DNA from: a virus
Taxonomy: Duplodnaviria > Caudoviricetes
IMG/VR virus record: IMGVR_UViG_3300037692_000137
Coordinates: 170,229-234,228 of that record
DNA length: 64,000 bases
Reading direction: 5' to 3' (one strand)
Every line of letters begins with the position of its first letter. The stretch's first letter is position 1. Under the pieces are notes generated by a model that worked only from the letters and a program-made list of their open reading frames with translations, was not told the origin of the DNA and did not search any database. Made by a program: the position numbers and the translations under genes. Below are positions 10,144 through 19,132 of this stretch, one piece after another.

Positions 10144-10407
10144 CATATATATTCGAGTAAGATCGTTAAACTTACCCCGTCTATAATTTCTAGACAGCTG
10201 CATGTTTCCATACAGATTAGACTATATCACCAACCAATCTGGTTGCTACGCGCTTCCACTCACTTGAGTGTACTTCCTTTCGGAATAGTCGTTGCAGGTT
10301 CCTCATTAATAGAGGCTTCCCTCAGGATTGTCCTCGACTTGACGTTAGGATATTCCCTGAATTCACGTAGTTTTTCAAATCACATTACTGTAAAAAGCCG
10401 CCTATGG
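10144..10407 (-). ncRNA. Group I self-splicing intron (IA2-like, 264 nt, no homing endonuclease)
   Basis: P1 CCGU/GCGG with U.G at the 5' splice site; P2 with GUAA loop; P3 CUACGUG/CGCGUAG; P4 UCAGG/CCUGA; R CCUGCAACGACUA; S GAUAUAGUC (P7 GACUA/UAGUC); P7.1 UUCC-GAAA-GGAA; P7.2 CACUC/GAGUG; P8 CAACCA/UGGUUG; P9 UGUAUG-GAAA-CAUGCA; terminal G; removal restores an in-frame Csp. Confidence 0.93.
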
Positions 10408-10455
10408 ACGGTCGTTAGAAAACCATTTTACAACACCATTAATTCTTTCTTCCAT
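10408..10455 (-). CDS. csp: Cold-shock protein, exon 1 (MEERINGVVKWFSNDR)
   Basis: AAAGGAG SD; G-VVKWF Csp N-terminal motif; joins in frame to exon 2 (71 aa product). Confidence 0.9.
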
Positions 10456-10513
10456 AACTCAAACTCCTTTAGTTTTTTATTTATATTATGATGATTGTAA
10501 GTCACCACGTAGT

Positions 10514-10957
10514 TTAACTTAGAAACAATGCTTTCTCTGATTCTCTCCTATTTACTAAACCTTGAGATACTTTACCGTTAGCTTTTCGCCACTGCCAAAA
10601 ATTATTAGCCACACCAGTATAGTCTCCAACATTAAGCCTTCTCAGTACGGTTGATTTAGCAAAGTTAGCTAAACCTATGTTGTAAGCCAGGCTGGTTAAA
10701 GCGTTAAACTGATTCTGTGTAACTTTAATTTTTACCAGCTCATTTACACTTTCAGAAAAGTCTCCGGCAGTGAACGTGAGTAATTCAGTAGCGCGTTCTT
10801 TTGTTATAGGAGGGTCACTTAGGCGTACCTTTGTGCCGTCCTCATAATAAGTAGAACCAAAACCTATTGTAGGTATACCCGATGGGCATAAGTAAGGCTT
10901 AGAACTAAAACCCTCAAACCTCTTTATTAAGTCTACTCCAGCTATATCTATTTTCAT
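10514..10957 (-). CDS. Endolysin, GH24 lysozyme
   Basis: FEGFSSKPYLCPSGIPTIGFGST catalytic E-x8-C-x5-T; QNQFNALTSLAYNIG; GLVNRRESE. Confidence 0.92.
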   Translation of the reverse strand: MKIDIAGVDLIKRFEGFSSKPYLCPSGIPTIGFGSTYYEDGTKVRLSDPPITKERATELLTFTAGDFSESVNELVKIKVTQNQFNALTSLAYNIGLANFAKSTVLRRLNVGDYTGVANNFWQWRKANGKVSQGLVNRRESEKALFLS

Positions 10958-11003
10958 TAATGTAACCTCCCTTGTACTATTTATTATAGAGGGTAGTTAA
11001 TTA

Positions 11004-11993
11004 TTATAGCTGTGCAGCCATTAAACACCCGGCAGCGACACAGGTCATAGGTGAGGTGGCTCTTCTAATTTCGCTAATAGCCATAGGAAGTACTATACCA
11101 GACAAACGGTCTTCAAACATTTTAGTAAAGCCGTCAGCCAACGTCAGTCCGCCAGAAACAATGATTGGTACAGGCTCTCTAAAGATAGGTAGTTTCTTTT
11201 CTTGCTTTTTTAACTCATATGAAATATTTTGAAGCACGTAATTAATTACTGAAGAATAGTAAACTGATATAGCCTCAGAAATTTTATCTTTGGGGTTGTA
11301 CAAATCTATACCTGCTTCTTTTTCTAACTGAACTAATGATGGTGACATATCTAAAGCAGTGCCAACTGAATGGTCAATAAAATCTCCTGATCTTGTTACA
11401 GAAAATTCTACTAAGGGGTCACCTTGATGAATTACAGCTATGTTGCACATACCAGCGCCAAAAGACAGTGTAATACCAGTTAAAGAGTCGTCTAACAACT
11501 CACTTAAAGCTATAGCAAAGGCTTCATTTATTGGCTGCCCTATAAAACCTTTTTCACGCATGAACATGTTTAGTATCTCTGTGTGGTAAACGATATCAAA
11601 ATTACCGTCTACTGGTTTTGCTGGGACACTGTATACTAAAGGCTCGTCGCCGGAGCCTTTACCAATTAAGCTACTTAGCAACAATTTAAGCATTGGAAGG
11701 CTGCTTTTTTCTTTAGGGGATATTACCCCCTTAGACATAGGGCGGCTAGATACATCATTACGTTCCATTGCTATATGTAGAGCATCTTCTCCTACTACAA
11801 TGAAGTCATTACCTTCTTCTATAAAGTTGGAGCCTCTTTTTTCTAGTGACTTTTTGATGGCTTGTTTATTAACGTCACTCTTTGGAACTATTCTATAAAA
11901 AGCATCACGCTCCATCTTAAATACGGGATTACCCTCTTTATCTATAGAACCACACACCAACATATTAGTACCAACATCAACACCTTTTGACAT
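11004..11993 (-). CDS. Actin-like ATPase (MreB/ParM superfamily)
   Basis: Phosphate-1 GVDVGT, connect-1 INEAFA, phosphate-2 SFGAG, adenosine IIVSGG, terminal AAG. Confidence 0.8.
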   Translation of the reverse strand: MSKGVDVGTNMLVCGSIDKEGNPVFKMERDAFYRIVPKSDVNKQAIKKSLEKRGSNFIEEGNDFIVVGEDALHIAMERNDVSSRPMSKGVISPKEKSSLPMLKLLLSSLIGKGSGDEPLVYSVPAKPVDGNFDIVYHTEILNMFMREKGFIGQPINEAFAIALSELLDDSLTGITLSFGAGMCNIAVIHQGDPLVEFSVTRSGDFIDHSVGTALDMSPSLVQLEKEAGIDLYNPKDKISEAISVYYSSVINYVLQNISYELKKQEKKLPIFREPVPIIVSGGLTLADGFTKMFEDRLSGIVLPMAISEIRRATSPMTCVAAGCLMAAQL

Positions 11994-12011
11994 AAATTAA
12001 TCCTCCTAGTA

Positions 12012-12977
12012 TTATTCCGGTAGAGAACCTAGTAAGTCCTTAAGTTTAGCTACCTTACTAGACATTTTTTCTTGTTCTGCTATTTTAACATCTTTAAAAT
12101 TTAAATGAGGAGCCATACTTTTTTTAGTATCGCTTGGATCTATAAATACCTGCTCCATTTTAGGGCGGGCACTCTCAGGTATAGCTGTTTTTGTAGTTTG
12201 TGAGTCAGTAATTTGTATATTAACTGGTGTACTTTTTAGGGTACTTATTGTATCATCTTTAATTTTGATAATTTCATCTTTGGATTCTAGTTTGGAGTTG
12301 GATACAGCTAAGTCAGTTTTTAATTGTGCTAATTCAACTTTTAAGACGTCTATATCAGCTACCAATTTACTACTATCACCAGAATTACTGGCAGTATTGT
12401 TTTTTAAAGATGTTAGTTGGGACTTAGTTACTTCCAGGGTTGATCTAAGCTTATCAGCCTCAAGCGCCTTAGGTTCATACAAATTAACTTGTTTTTTAAG
12501 TTCTATTACTTTATCCTCTGCTAAGTGTAGTTCTCTAGTTAACTTAGCTACACTTTCTTGTAATAGAAACAATTGGGCTTGATTCTCACTTTTAGCTTCC
12601 TCAACGGCTTTATTAACAATAAGGTTAATATCCGACTCTTTAATACCGGGTTTGATGCCAGTATCCAGCTGTCTTCGTAGTTTAAGTATTTCTTCTTGTT
12701 GTTCCTTAATACGAGCACTATATTTATTTTCCATCTCTGATGAAACCTGTAATATAACCTTGTTTAACTCATCATCAAAGTCCTCTGCCGTGTATTTTGC
12801 AACCGGCGGTCCAGCTACGGATATTTGCTTTGTTAATAGGTTTATTTGTTCTTTAAGTTCATTTACAGCATAAGAGTTTTGTACTTCTTTTTGTTTACGC
12901 TGTAAATCACGTGGCCCAGAGCCACTTTTAAAGGCCCTGGACTTATCACGTGTATCTCTTTCTTTATTGTATTCCAT
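12012..12977 (-). CDS. Long coiled-coil protein (321 aa)
   Basis: Heptad-rich; AGGAGG SD separates it from the actin-like gene. Confidence 0.65.
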   Translation of the reverse strand: MEYNKERDTRDKSRAFKSGSGPRDLQRKQKEVQNSYAVNELKEQINLLTKQISVAGPPVAKYTAEDFDDELNKVILQVSSEMENKYSARIKEQQEEILKLRRQLDTGIKPGIKESDINLIVNKAVEEAKSENQAQLFLLQESVAKLTRELHLAEDKVIELKKQVNLYEPKALEADKLRSTLEVTKSQLTSLKNNTASNSGDSSKLVADIDVLKVELAQLKTDLAVSNSKLESKDEIIKIKDDTISTLKSTPVNIQITDSQTTKTAIPESARPKMEQVFIDPSDTKKSMAPHLNFKDVKIAEQEKMSSKVAKLKDLLGSLPE

Positions 12978-12982
12978 TATAG

Positions 12983-13570
12983 TTATTTTCTTTTGTACTC
13001 TACTTGATCAATTAAACCGTAGATTTTAGCTTCTTCTGAGGACATGAAGTAGTCACGATGCATATCTACTTTAACCTTTCCAACATCCTGTCCAGTCATT
13101 ACAGAATATTGAGAAGCCATCTTATCGTACAACTTCTTGGTGTGTTCCATGGTTTGGAATATATCCCCAGCTTTGCCTTGAACACCGGTGGATAACTCAT
13201 GTATCATAATCTCACAATTTGGTAAGGCATAACGCTTGCCCTTAGTACCGGCGGTTAAAATAAATGACCCCGCACTGGCTACCTGACCGTAGCCGATGGT
13301 TACTATATCAGGTTTAATGTAGTTCATGGTGTCGTAGATGGCATACATAGCTGTAATCTGCCCACCTGGGCTGTTGATATACATGTAAATGTCCGCCCCA
13401 GAATCGTCAGTTTCTAAAAATAGAAGTTGTGCTACAACCAAATCAGCCATGTCTTGGTTAAACTCACCAGAGATAAAGATGATTCTATCTTTTAGCATTC
13501 TTGAGAATGGGTCGTAAGCTCTTTCGGATTCTTCTCGGCTTGATTTTTCAAAAATGTAGGGTGTTCTCAT
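12983..13570 (-). CDS. clpP: ATP-dependent Clp protease proteolytic subunit
   Basis: YDPFSRMLKDRIIF, MYINSPGG, catalytic Ser (VASAG), His (MIHE) and Asp (RDYFMS). Confidence 0.95.
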   Translation of the reverse strand: MRTPYIFEKSSREESERAYDPFSRMLKDRIIFISGEFNQDMADLVVAQLLFLETDDSGADIYMYINSPGGQITAMYAIYDTMNYIKPDIVTIGYGQVASAGSFILTAGTKGKRYALPNCEIMIHELSTGVQGKAGDIFQTMEHTKKLYDKMASQYSVMTGQDVGKVKVDMHRDYFMSSEEAKIYGLIDQVEYKRK

Positions 13571-13627
13571 AGTTAGGTAATTCTCCTTAGTTCTAGTTAA
13601 AATCTTAAATAACCTTATGTTCTGTAT

Positions 13628-13656
13628 ACTTTAACAATAAAAAAGACGTTTGTCAA
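13628..13656 (-). promoter_or_regulatory. Sigma70-type promoter for the clpP operon
   Basis: TTGACA-17 nt-TAAAGT on the minus strand, about 58 nt upstream of the clpP ATG. Confidence 0.65.
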
Positions 13657-13994
13657 GTTTTTTATCATTATCAAAGCTGCGGGTAAAGCCCCCAGAATAT
13701 TTTATATGTGAATGCTGCCTAGGTTGTTTGCTACAATGCCTCAGCAATGTGGTTTAAATTGACCACACGCTGATTTTGTATAACTAACCGAACTACCACT
13801 CACCCTAAACATAAAACAAGCTCTACGGAGTTTGTATTGATTTATATCATTTGCAAATGGTGTATTAAAAATCAGTTAGCTTGTTTTTCGGCTTTATATT
13901 TTTTGTAAAAAAAATTAAAAGCCTATATTTTTATTATTAAACTATATTTAAATACTAGTATACCGTTATTCTAGTATACTTGTTATTCTGGGAG

Positions 13995-14036
13995 GGCGTT
14001 CATGCCTGGTGGCCAACAGGCGTTCATGCCTGGTGG
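13995..14036. repeat. Two perfect 18-bp direct repeats (GGCGTTCATGCCTGGTGG), iteron-like
   Basis: Copies at 13995-14012 and 14019-14036, between an HTH gene and an AT-rich tract. Confidence 0.8.
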
Positions 14037-14052
14037 TACCCCTATTTAATCC

Positions 14053-14550
14053 CTACTTAATCTGCTGTTTTTCCGCACGTTCAGCTAAAGCTAACTTCAT
14101 AAAGTGTGCTTCGAAAAACAAATTTTCTTTTACCTTACCCAGAGAATCAAACTCCCAAGTGCCCAGGATATATATATTGTATGTCTTGTTATAACGTACT
14201 ACTTTTTCTACCTTGATAAATCCCTGTTCTTTTAGCTTTTTTATTTGTCTGTGTATAGATGTGACATTACAACCAGCTATCTCGGCCAGCGCTTCCTGCG
14301 ACCAACTGGTCGCTAGAACATTCTTTTTATAGTGTGTGTGATATAAATCAAACTCACCTTTGTGCGCACTAAATCCTCTAATAATATTGGCTTTAAGAAA
14401 TCTAAGTAATGCACTTTCAGGTGTTATATTAAATCTGAAGAAGGATGTACTTTTTTCTATTAATAAATGGGTAGTAACGTGTAAATTGTATAAATGCTTT
14501 TGGCTCATAGTAATACCTTTTCTTTTAAACAAACCACGGGTTAGTGTCAT
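14053..14550 (-). CDS. Winged-HTH protein, replication-initiator-like
   Basis: SWSQEALAEIAGCNVTSIHRQIKKLKEQGFIKVEK...NIY. Confidence 0.65.
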   Translation of the reverse strand: MTLTRGLFKRKGITMSQKHLYNLHVTTHLLIEKSTSFFRFNITPESALLRFLKANIIRGFSAHKGEFDLYHTHYKKNVLATSWSQEALAEIAGCNVTSIHRQIKKLKEQGFIKVEKVVRYNKTYNIYILGTWEFDSLGKVKENLFFEAHFMKLALAERAEKQQIK

Positions 14551-14836
14551 CTAACACGTGCTCATAATACTCAAATATACTCTCATCAGATACAAGGGCT
14601 ATGGCGCTGTTATATAGATCCATAGCCTCATCATGTTTTCCTTCATCAAATAGTGCAACTATGGCTTGAACTTCTTCAAACTTTTCATGTAGTAAAGCTA
14701 CGCCAGACATACGTAGTATATTACATTCAGAATTCTCCTGTTTACTGTAATTACATAAATCCCAGCCGTTCTGAGCAAGGTAGTCTATCAACTTAGTTAA
14801 GTATACTTTTTTGTCTTTTAATTTCATTTTGACCAT
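14525..14836 (-). CDS. Hypothetical protein (103 aa)
   Basis: GAGG SD; in operon. Confidence 0.5.
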   Translation of the reverse strand: MVKMKLKDKKVYLTKLIDYLAQNGWDLCNYSKQENSECNILRMSGVALLHEKFEEVQAIVALFDEGKHDEAMDLYNSAIALVSDESIFEYYEHVLDDTNPWFV

Positions 14837-14903
14837 TTATATTTACCTCTTAAAATAAAGTATTAGTAGTTAAGTACAATACTACTACTAATACATATAT
14901 TTG

Positions 14904-15155
14904 TCAATAAATATATTGACGAGGTATAAGTTCTGGTAGTTTTTTAGTAAACTTATTACACTCTAAAACATCATAACCTAAGTCCATACCTAAGATTAAA
15001 CATGTCACGTGAGCAACAGGCTCTCCGCCATTTTCATCAAAGTCATCAGGGTCTAACCCTAACATCTCCGCTGATTCAGGGGAATTGGGCATTATAACAC
15101 GTTCCATGTAGTGGTAGCAATTAGGGCACAGAAATGTTACGTCTTCCGTTTCCAT
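14904..15155 (-). CDS. Cys-containing hypothetical protein (83 aa)
   Basis: AAGGAG SD; CPNC. Confidence 0.55.
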   Translation of the reverse strand: METEDVTFLCPNCYHYMERVIMPNSPESAEMLGLDPDDFDENGGEPVAHVTCLILGMDLGYDVLECNKFTKKLPELIPRQYIY

Positions 15156-15176
15156 AGCACACTCCTTAATATTTAA

Positions 15177-15389
15177 CTACATATGTCGCTGTTTGTAGGC
15201 TCTATCTATTACTTCCTCTTTTTTACCCTCTACTATTTTACCTAAAGACTTTAATCTTTTAATTTTACAATTTATACTATCTGCCTGTCTACCAGGGATT
15301 AATTCCTCTAGTTCTTTTATAGTCATACTATCATAGTTTTCTATCAATAAACGCTCTTCTGTGTATGACCACCCACGTCTTCTTGCCAT
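15177..15389 (-). CDS. Myb/SANT-like DNA-binding protein (start re-called at MARRRGWS)
   Basis: W-S-x-x-E-E-x-x-L...GRQADSI pattern; AAGGGG SD. Confidence 0.55.
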   Translation of the reverse strand: MARRRGWSYTEERLLIENYDSMTIKELEELIPGRQADSINCKIKRLKSLGKIVEGKKEEVIDRAYKQRHM

Positions 15390-15390
15390 A

Positions 15391-15567
15391 TTAAAACCCC
15401 TTGTCCTCAAAAAATTCTTCCATAGTATTAACAACTTTGGTGTTATTAACTAGCTCTTTCATAATAGCCAGTACTTCCTTGTTTTTACTTCTTTCTAAAG
15501 CAGTGTCAATACTCTCTAACAATTCGTGCTTCTTTTCCTCCCATAAATAATCTGTTAAACTTTTCAT
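15391..15567 (-). CDS. Hypothetical protein (58 aa, MKSLTDYLWEE...)
   Basis: AGGTGAGG SD; fills the gap, below the ORF-track cutoff. Confidence 0.55.
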   Translation of the reverse strand: MKSLTDYLWEEKKHELLESIDTALERSKNKEVLAIMKELVNNTKVVNTMEEFFEDKGF

Positions 15568-15580
15568 AGCCTCACCTTAT

Positions 15581-16021
15581 CTAAGTTTGTAGTTTTAAGA
15601 CGCTCTCTATTTCTCTATCTTCCCAGCCTATGTACACTTCTTCTTGAGCATCCGTAAGAGCTAAAAAATAAATATTATTTAGTACTGTTTGTACAACTTC
15701 ATACATCAAAGTACTATTAACCATAGAATATCTATGTAGAAAACCTTCAGAGCTATTTAAAGAACTATCTATGTTGGAGAACACCTCCCCTGTTAGAAAC
15801 TCTTCACGTTCTATAATAAAGGTTAGATAATTATCATGATTAGGAGCCTCTACATATAGCTGAACACCTTTCAATTGTGGTATACCCTCAACAATAAATA
15901 AGCCCTTTGTTACAGGCATCCATAAACCGTTCTTCCGCAGGTAACTTATAGCTGAAGGACCCAAACCTTTAAATAAGTTGTCATTATCTAATGTATGTAT
16001 TACTTTTAATAAGTCAAGCAT
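15581..16021 (-). CDS. Hypothetical protein (146 aa)
   Basis: In operon orientation. Confidence 0.55.
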   Translation of the reverse strand: MLDLLKVIHTLDNDNLFKGLGPSAISYLRKNGLWMPVTKGLFIVEGIPQLKGVQLYVEAPNHDNYLTFIIEREEFLTGEVFSNIDSSLNSSEGFLHRYSMVNSTLMYEVVQTVLNNIYFLALTDAQEEVYIGWEDREIESVLKLQT

Positions 16022-16033
16022 AAAAAACCTTAT

Positions 16034-17314
16034 TTAACATAATCTTTTATCTTGTAGTAAGTCTGCAAGCTCTATTAAGCCTCCCCTATGTGAATTAGGT
16101 AACTCAACATAAGCTAAACTTTTGTGTGGTAGTATCCTAAGTAATTTTAATAAACCAGACTCTGACGGTCTTACAACATTATAAGTTTGCGCTAAGTCAC
16201 CAAGTAGTATTAGTTTACTACCTTTATTAGCTCTTGATAGTATCATGCTCATGGTATCAATATCAATTAGTTGACACTCATCACAAATCATTATGTCTGA
16301 CTCTAATATACTCATGCCCTGAATAACATTTATTGGAACAACCTCAAATTTATCCTGAAAGTATCTGTCCTTAACAATGTCATATTTAATACTACCTTGG
16401 TCTTTACTGGAACCTTGACTTCTGGTGTTAGCGTATAGGTAGTACAACGCGCTTAGTATGCCAGCAAACCATGCTTCCATTTTTGCTTGTTTGTCGCCGG
16501 GCAAGAAGCCTATGTCATATTTATGACTTATACCAATTGGGGGTCTTGTAATAAATACTTTGTTATCACTGTTGCACGATAAAGCGTAAGCTGTGCTTAG
16601 TAACGTTTTACCAGTCCCCCACTTACCTGTTATTAAAACACCATCTGCCTCAGTCATTGCATATATAGCACATATCTGGTATATATCCAAAGCCTTAAGT
16701 TTATTACCTTCTACATTGACAGTTCTATACTCAGGAACATTATCTATGCGTGATACTGTAAGGTCAATAGGGTTGGTGGCATATACATAGGCGTTATTTA
16801 ATATAATAAATTTCCAGCACTCTTTGTCTATGTCTAATTTTAGTAGTTTATTAAAATCATCTAAGCTGTAATTTTGTAGATAATTAAACTCCTCTGGTAA
16901 ATCTTTAATATCTAAATATATGTATGGTTTAAATATACCATTTGGAACAACGTCATAGAGTACTGTGGCTACTCCCTTAGTGTTAGCTATTACTGACATA
17001 GATAAGTCTTTTGTAGCTAAGTCAGCTTTATTTTTTAAAGCGGCGTCAATTATTAAGGTATCGTTAGTCTTTAACTCATTATCGTCAGCCGACAAAATTA
17101 ATCTGTCGGGGTAAGCGTCTCTAAAAGCAATTATCTCATAAATGGCTGTTCTGGCACTGTAAGATAAATCAGGATTGAATTTATGTTTATCCAATTCCTT
17201 TAACACTGTTAATGGGACTATTATTTTTTCATACTTAGTCAGGGATTTAAATAATATTTTAGGGTCGTCTAATAATATGTTGGTGTCAATTAAAATGTTT
17301 TTATTTTTTAACAT
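16034..17314 (-). CDS. phoH: PIN-PhoH family protein
   Basis: PIN LIDTNILL...VLKELD...ND...D; ATPase GKWGTGKT, RPP, GFLPGD, QGMS, ICDECQ, LLGDLAQ. Confidence 0.9.
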   Translation of the reverse strand: MLKNKNILIDTNILLDDPKILFKSLTKYEKIIVPLTVLKELDKHKFNPDLSYSARTAIYEIIAFRDAYPDRLILSADDNELKTNDTLIIDAALKNKADLATKDLSMSVIANTKGVATVLYDVVPNGIFKPYIYLDIKDLPEEFNYLQNYSLDDFNKLLKLDIDKECWKFIILNNAYVYATNPIDLTVSRIDNVPEYRTVNVEGNKLKALDIYQICAIYAMTEADGVLITGKWGTGKTLLSTAYALSCNSDNKVFITRPPIGISHKYDIGFLPGDKQAKMEAWFAGILSALYYLYANTRSQGSSKDQGSIKYDIVKDRYFQDKFEVVPINVIQGMSILESDIMICDECQLIDIDTMSMILSRANKGSKLILLGDLAQTYNVVRPSESGLLKLLRILPHKSLAYVELPNSHRGGLIELADLLQDKRLC

Positions 17315-17331
17315 ATATTGTGTATATCTCC

Positions 17332-17895
17332 TTATATATTTTTAGTTAATTCTACATAAAATACAGAAAACGTAAGTAGTTCCACTACTTTAGTGTTTAT
17401 GTCATCTAGCTCCCTGTTGATGTTATTAATAATATATGACGTATCTTTTAAATGCCATTTAACAAAGTCATATGGTGTAAGTGGGTTAATTAAACTAAGA
17501 GTTTCGTGCAGTCTATTTACCATTTTTATAGTAAACGCTTCTTGACTAATAGTGTTTAAATATTTGACTAACTGTGTTTTTTTATTTACAATATTGTCGT
17601 CTTTAAGAAGGAGGGTTAATTCCAGAACAAGATTGGTTATCTTATTACCAAATAAATTCTGTATATCTTGTACTTCTACCCCATCGTAGGTCAGTATATT
17701 TTGTAATATAGCGGCAGCTACTATATACTCATCTTCTACAAATCTAGCTAATAAACAAGCCACATATTCTGGATGCACTAATTTAGAGTTGGATGTAGTT
17801 GTTCTTTCCTGACTTACTTTTGAAAAAAGTAAATAAGCATCTCTAATTGTAGAGGATACTTCTAAATCATTTAGTTCATTCATAATTATCACCAT
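17332..17895 (-). CDS. RelA/SpoT hydrolase-like HD protein with degenerate active site
   Basis: HPEYVA...AAAILQNILTYD (canonical AALLHDxxED)...FGNKITNLVLELT...IKMVNRLHE (canonical KxADRLHN). Confidence 0.7.
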   Translation of the reverse strand: MVIIMNELNDLEVSSTIRDAYLLFSKVSQERTTTSNSKLVHPEYVACLLARFVEDEYIVAAAILQNILTYDGVEVQDIQNLFGNKITNLVLELTLLLKDDNIVNKKTQLVKYLNTISQEAFTIKMVNRLHETLSLINPLTPYDFVKWHLKDTSYIINNINRELDDINTKVVELLTFSVFYVELTKNI

Positions 17896-17957
17896 TAAAT
17901 AATGAAGTTCTTTAATACCTTGTATATCTATACAATGGTTAGATTAATATAAACAAA

Positions 17958-18362
17958 CTATTTACTTGTGTAGGCAAAATTGTTGACTATATTAGGTAGA
18001 GTTATACTTTTAACTGCTGATGGCATCTCATAGGTGGGCTCCGCAGCCCCCTCGGCATTTAATTCAATAGCCGATATGACAAAGTAAGTAATTGTTTTTA
18101 ATTCAACGTTAGGACAAATTATTGTAGTTGCATTTTTATCTACTACATTACAAGCTAGCCTTTTGTCTAACATGTCTGGATAATAGGAACAGTATAAGTT
18201 ATATCCTAGCGTACTTTCGGTATTATTATTATATGACCACGTAGCAGTTACTCCTTTTTTAATAGCGCCAGTTGGCGTAGAGTAACACATAGCAAGTGTA
18301 AATAAAAGCATGGACATTAAAATTTTCATACTATTAGCAGTCCACGTATAAGACTTTTTCAT
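17958..18362 (-). CDS. Secreted or virion fibronectin III-like protein
   Basis: Signal-like N-terminus; ATW...GYNLY...TYFVISA...E...S FN3 pattern. Confidence 0.5.
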   Translation of the reverse strand: MKKSYTWTANSMKILMSMLLFTLAMCYSTPTGAIKKGVTATWSYNNNTESTLGYNLYCSYYPDMLDKRLACNVVDKNATTIICPNVELKTITYFVISAIELNAEGAAEPTYEMPSAVKSITLPNIVNNFAYTSK

Positions 18363-18621
18363 AACCTTGTTTACCTATACTATATAAAACATGCGCATCT
18401 ATGGGTAGTAACATTCTTATATACTTTACGTGGTTATCAATGTTAACAGTCCATTCACTAACTGTGGCTTTAACTATATCTATGTTATTGTGTTCTAATA
18501 AGGTACACAGCATAGGTCCAGCTTCTTTTCTACATGCGCATGAGTCAAACACCAGGTAAAATATACTCTGTTTATCGAAAGCTATGTCTAGTATAATCGG
18601 GTATAAAGCTGATTGAGTCAT
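18334..18621 (-). CDS. Hypothetical protein (95 aa)
   Basis: In operon; 29-nt overlap with the next gene. Confidence 0.4.
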   Translation of the reverse strand: MTQSALYPIILDIAFDKQSIFYLVFDSCACRKEAGPMLCTLLEHNNIDIVKATVSEWTVNIDNHVKYIRMLLPIDAHVLYSIGKQGYEKVLYVDC

Positions 18622-18632
18622 TGTTATTGCCT

Positions 18633-19112
18633 TTATAGTACAGCGTATATTATTAACGGTTCTACAACTATGTATTTAGTAGAGTCATCATAACCAAAAG
18701 CTAGTTTACCTGATTTATCTGGGGTAGCTCTAAATTCAATGGTGGCTACACCATTTACAAACGCTACTTCTAAAGCACCGTAACCTTGTATTACCGCATA
18801 GTCCAGTACATTAACCCCAGTAAGTACATTACCAGTCATATCTTTGAGTGTAGCAGTAACAACAGCTGTATCATAACCGTCGGCTTTTATTGTGGTTTTA
18901 TCTGCAGTAACATAAAGATAAGGCTTAGTAGATACAAACACAGAACTTTCTTTAAATGTGGTTCCATCATATAACCACCCTACCTTTGGTTCTGGTATTA
19001 CTACTGCTGTTTTAGGAATTAACGCTGATTTAGCAGAGTCAAGCGTCATTATATTTACTACAATACCGTTCTCTATAATAGCATATCTGTTTATGCTCAT
19101 ATAATTCTCCAA
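18633..19112 (-). CDS. Tail-fibre-associated protein with Ig-like (invasin-type) domain
   Basis: RYAIIENGIVVNI...VGWLYDGTTF N-terminus; TADKTTIKADGYDTAVVTATLKD. Confidence 0.6.
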   Translation of the reverse strand: MENYMSINRYAIIENGIVVNIMTLDSAKSALIPKTAVVIPEPKVGWLYDGTTFKESSVFVSTKPYLYVTADKTTIKADGYDTAVVTATLKDMTGNVLTGVNVLDYAVIQGYGALEVAFVNGVATIEFRATPDKSGKLAFGYDDSTKYIVVEPLIIYAVL

Positions 19113-19132
19113 GTAGTTTGTTTATTAATATA

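Noticed and set aside
10144-10203. ORF-track N-terminus MQLSRNYRRGKFNDLTRIYM of the 75-aa Csp ORF
   Set aside because: It lies in intron P9-P9.2, has no SD and lacks the KWF strand supplied by the true exon 1
13960-14055. TAG read-through or alternative genetic code at the end of the HTH gene
   Set aside because: Read-through adds only about 28 aa; long genes are intact in code 11 and TAG terminates coupled genes normally (e.g. 41358)
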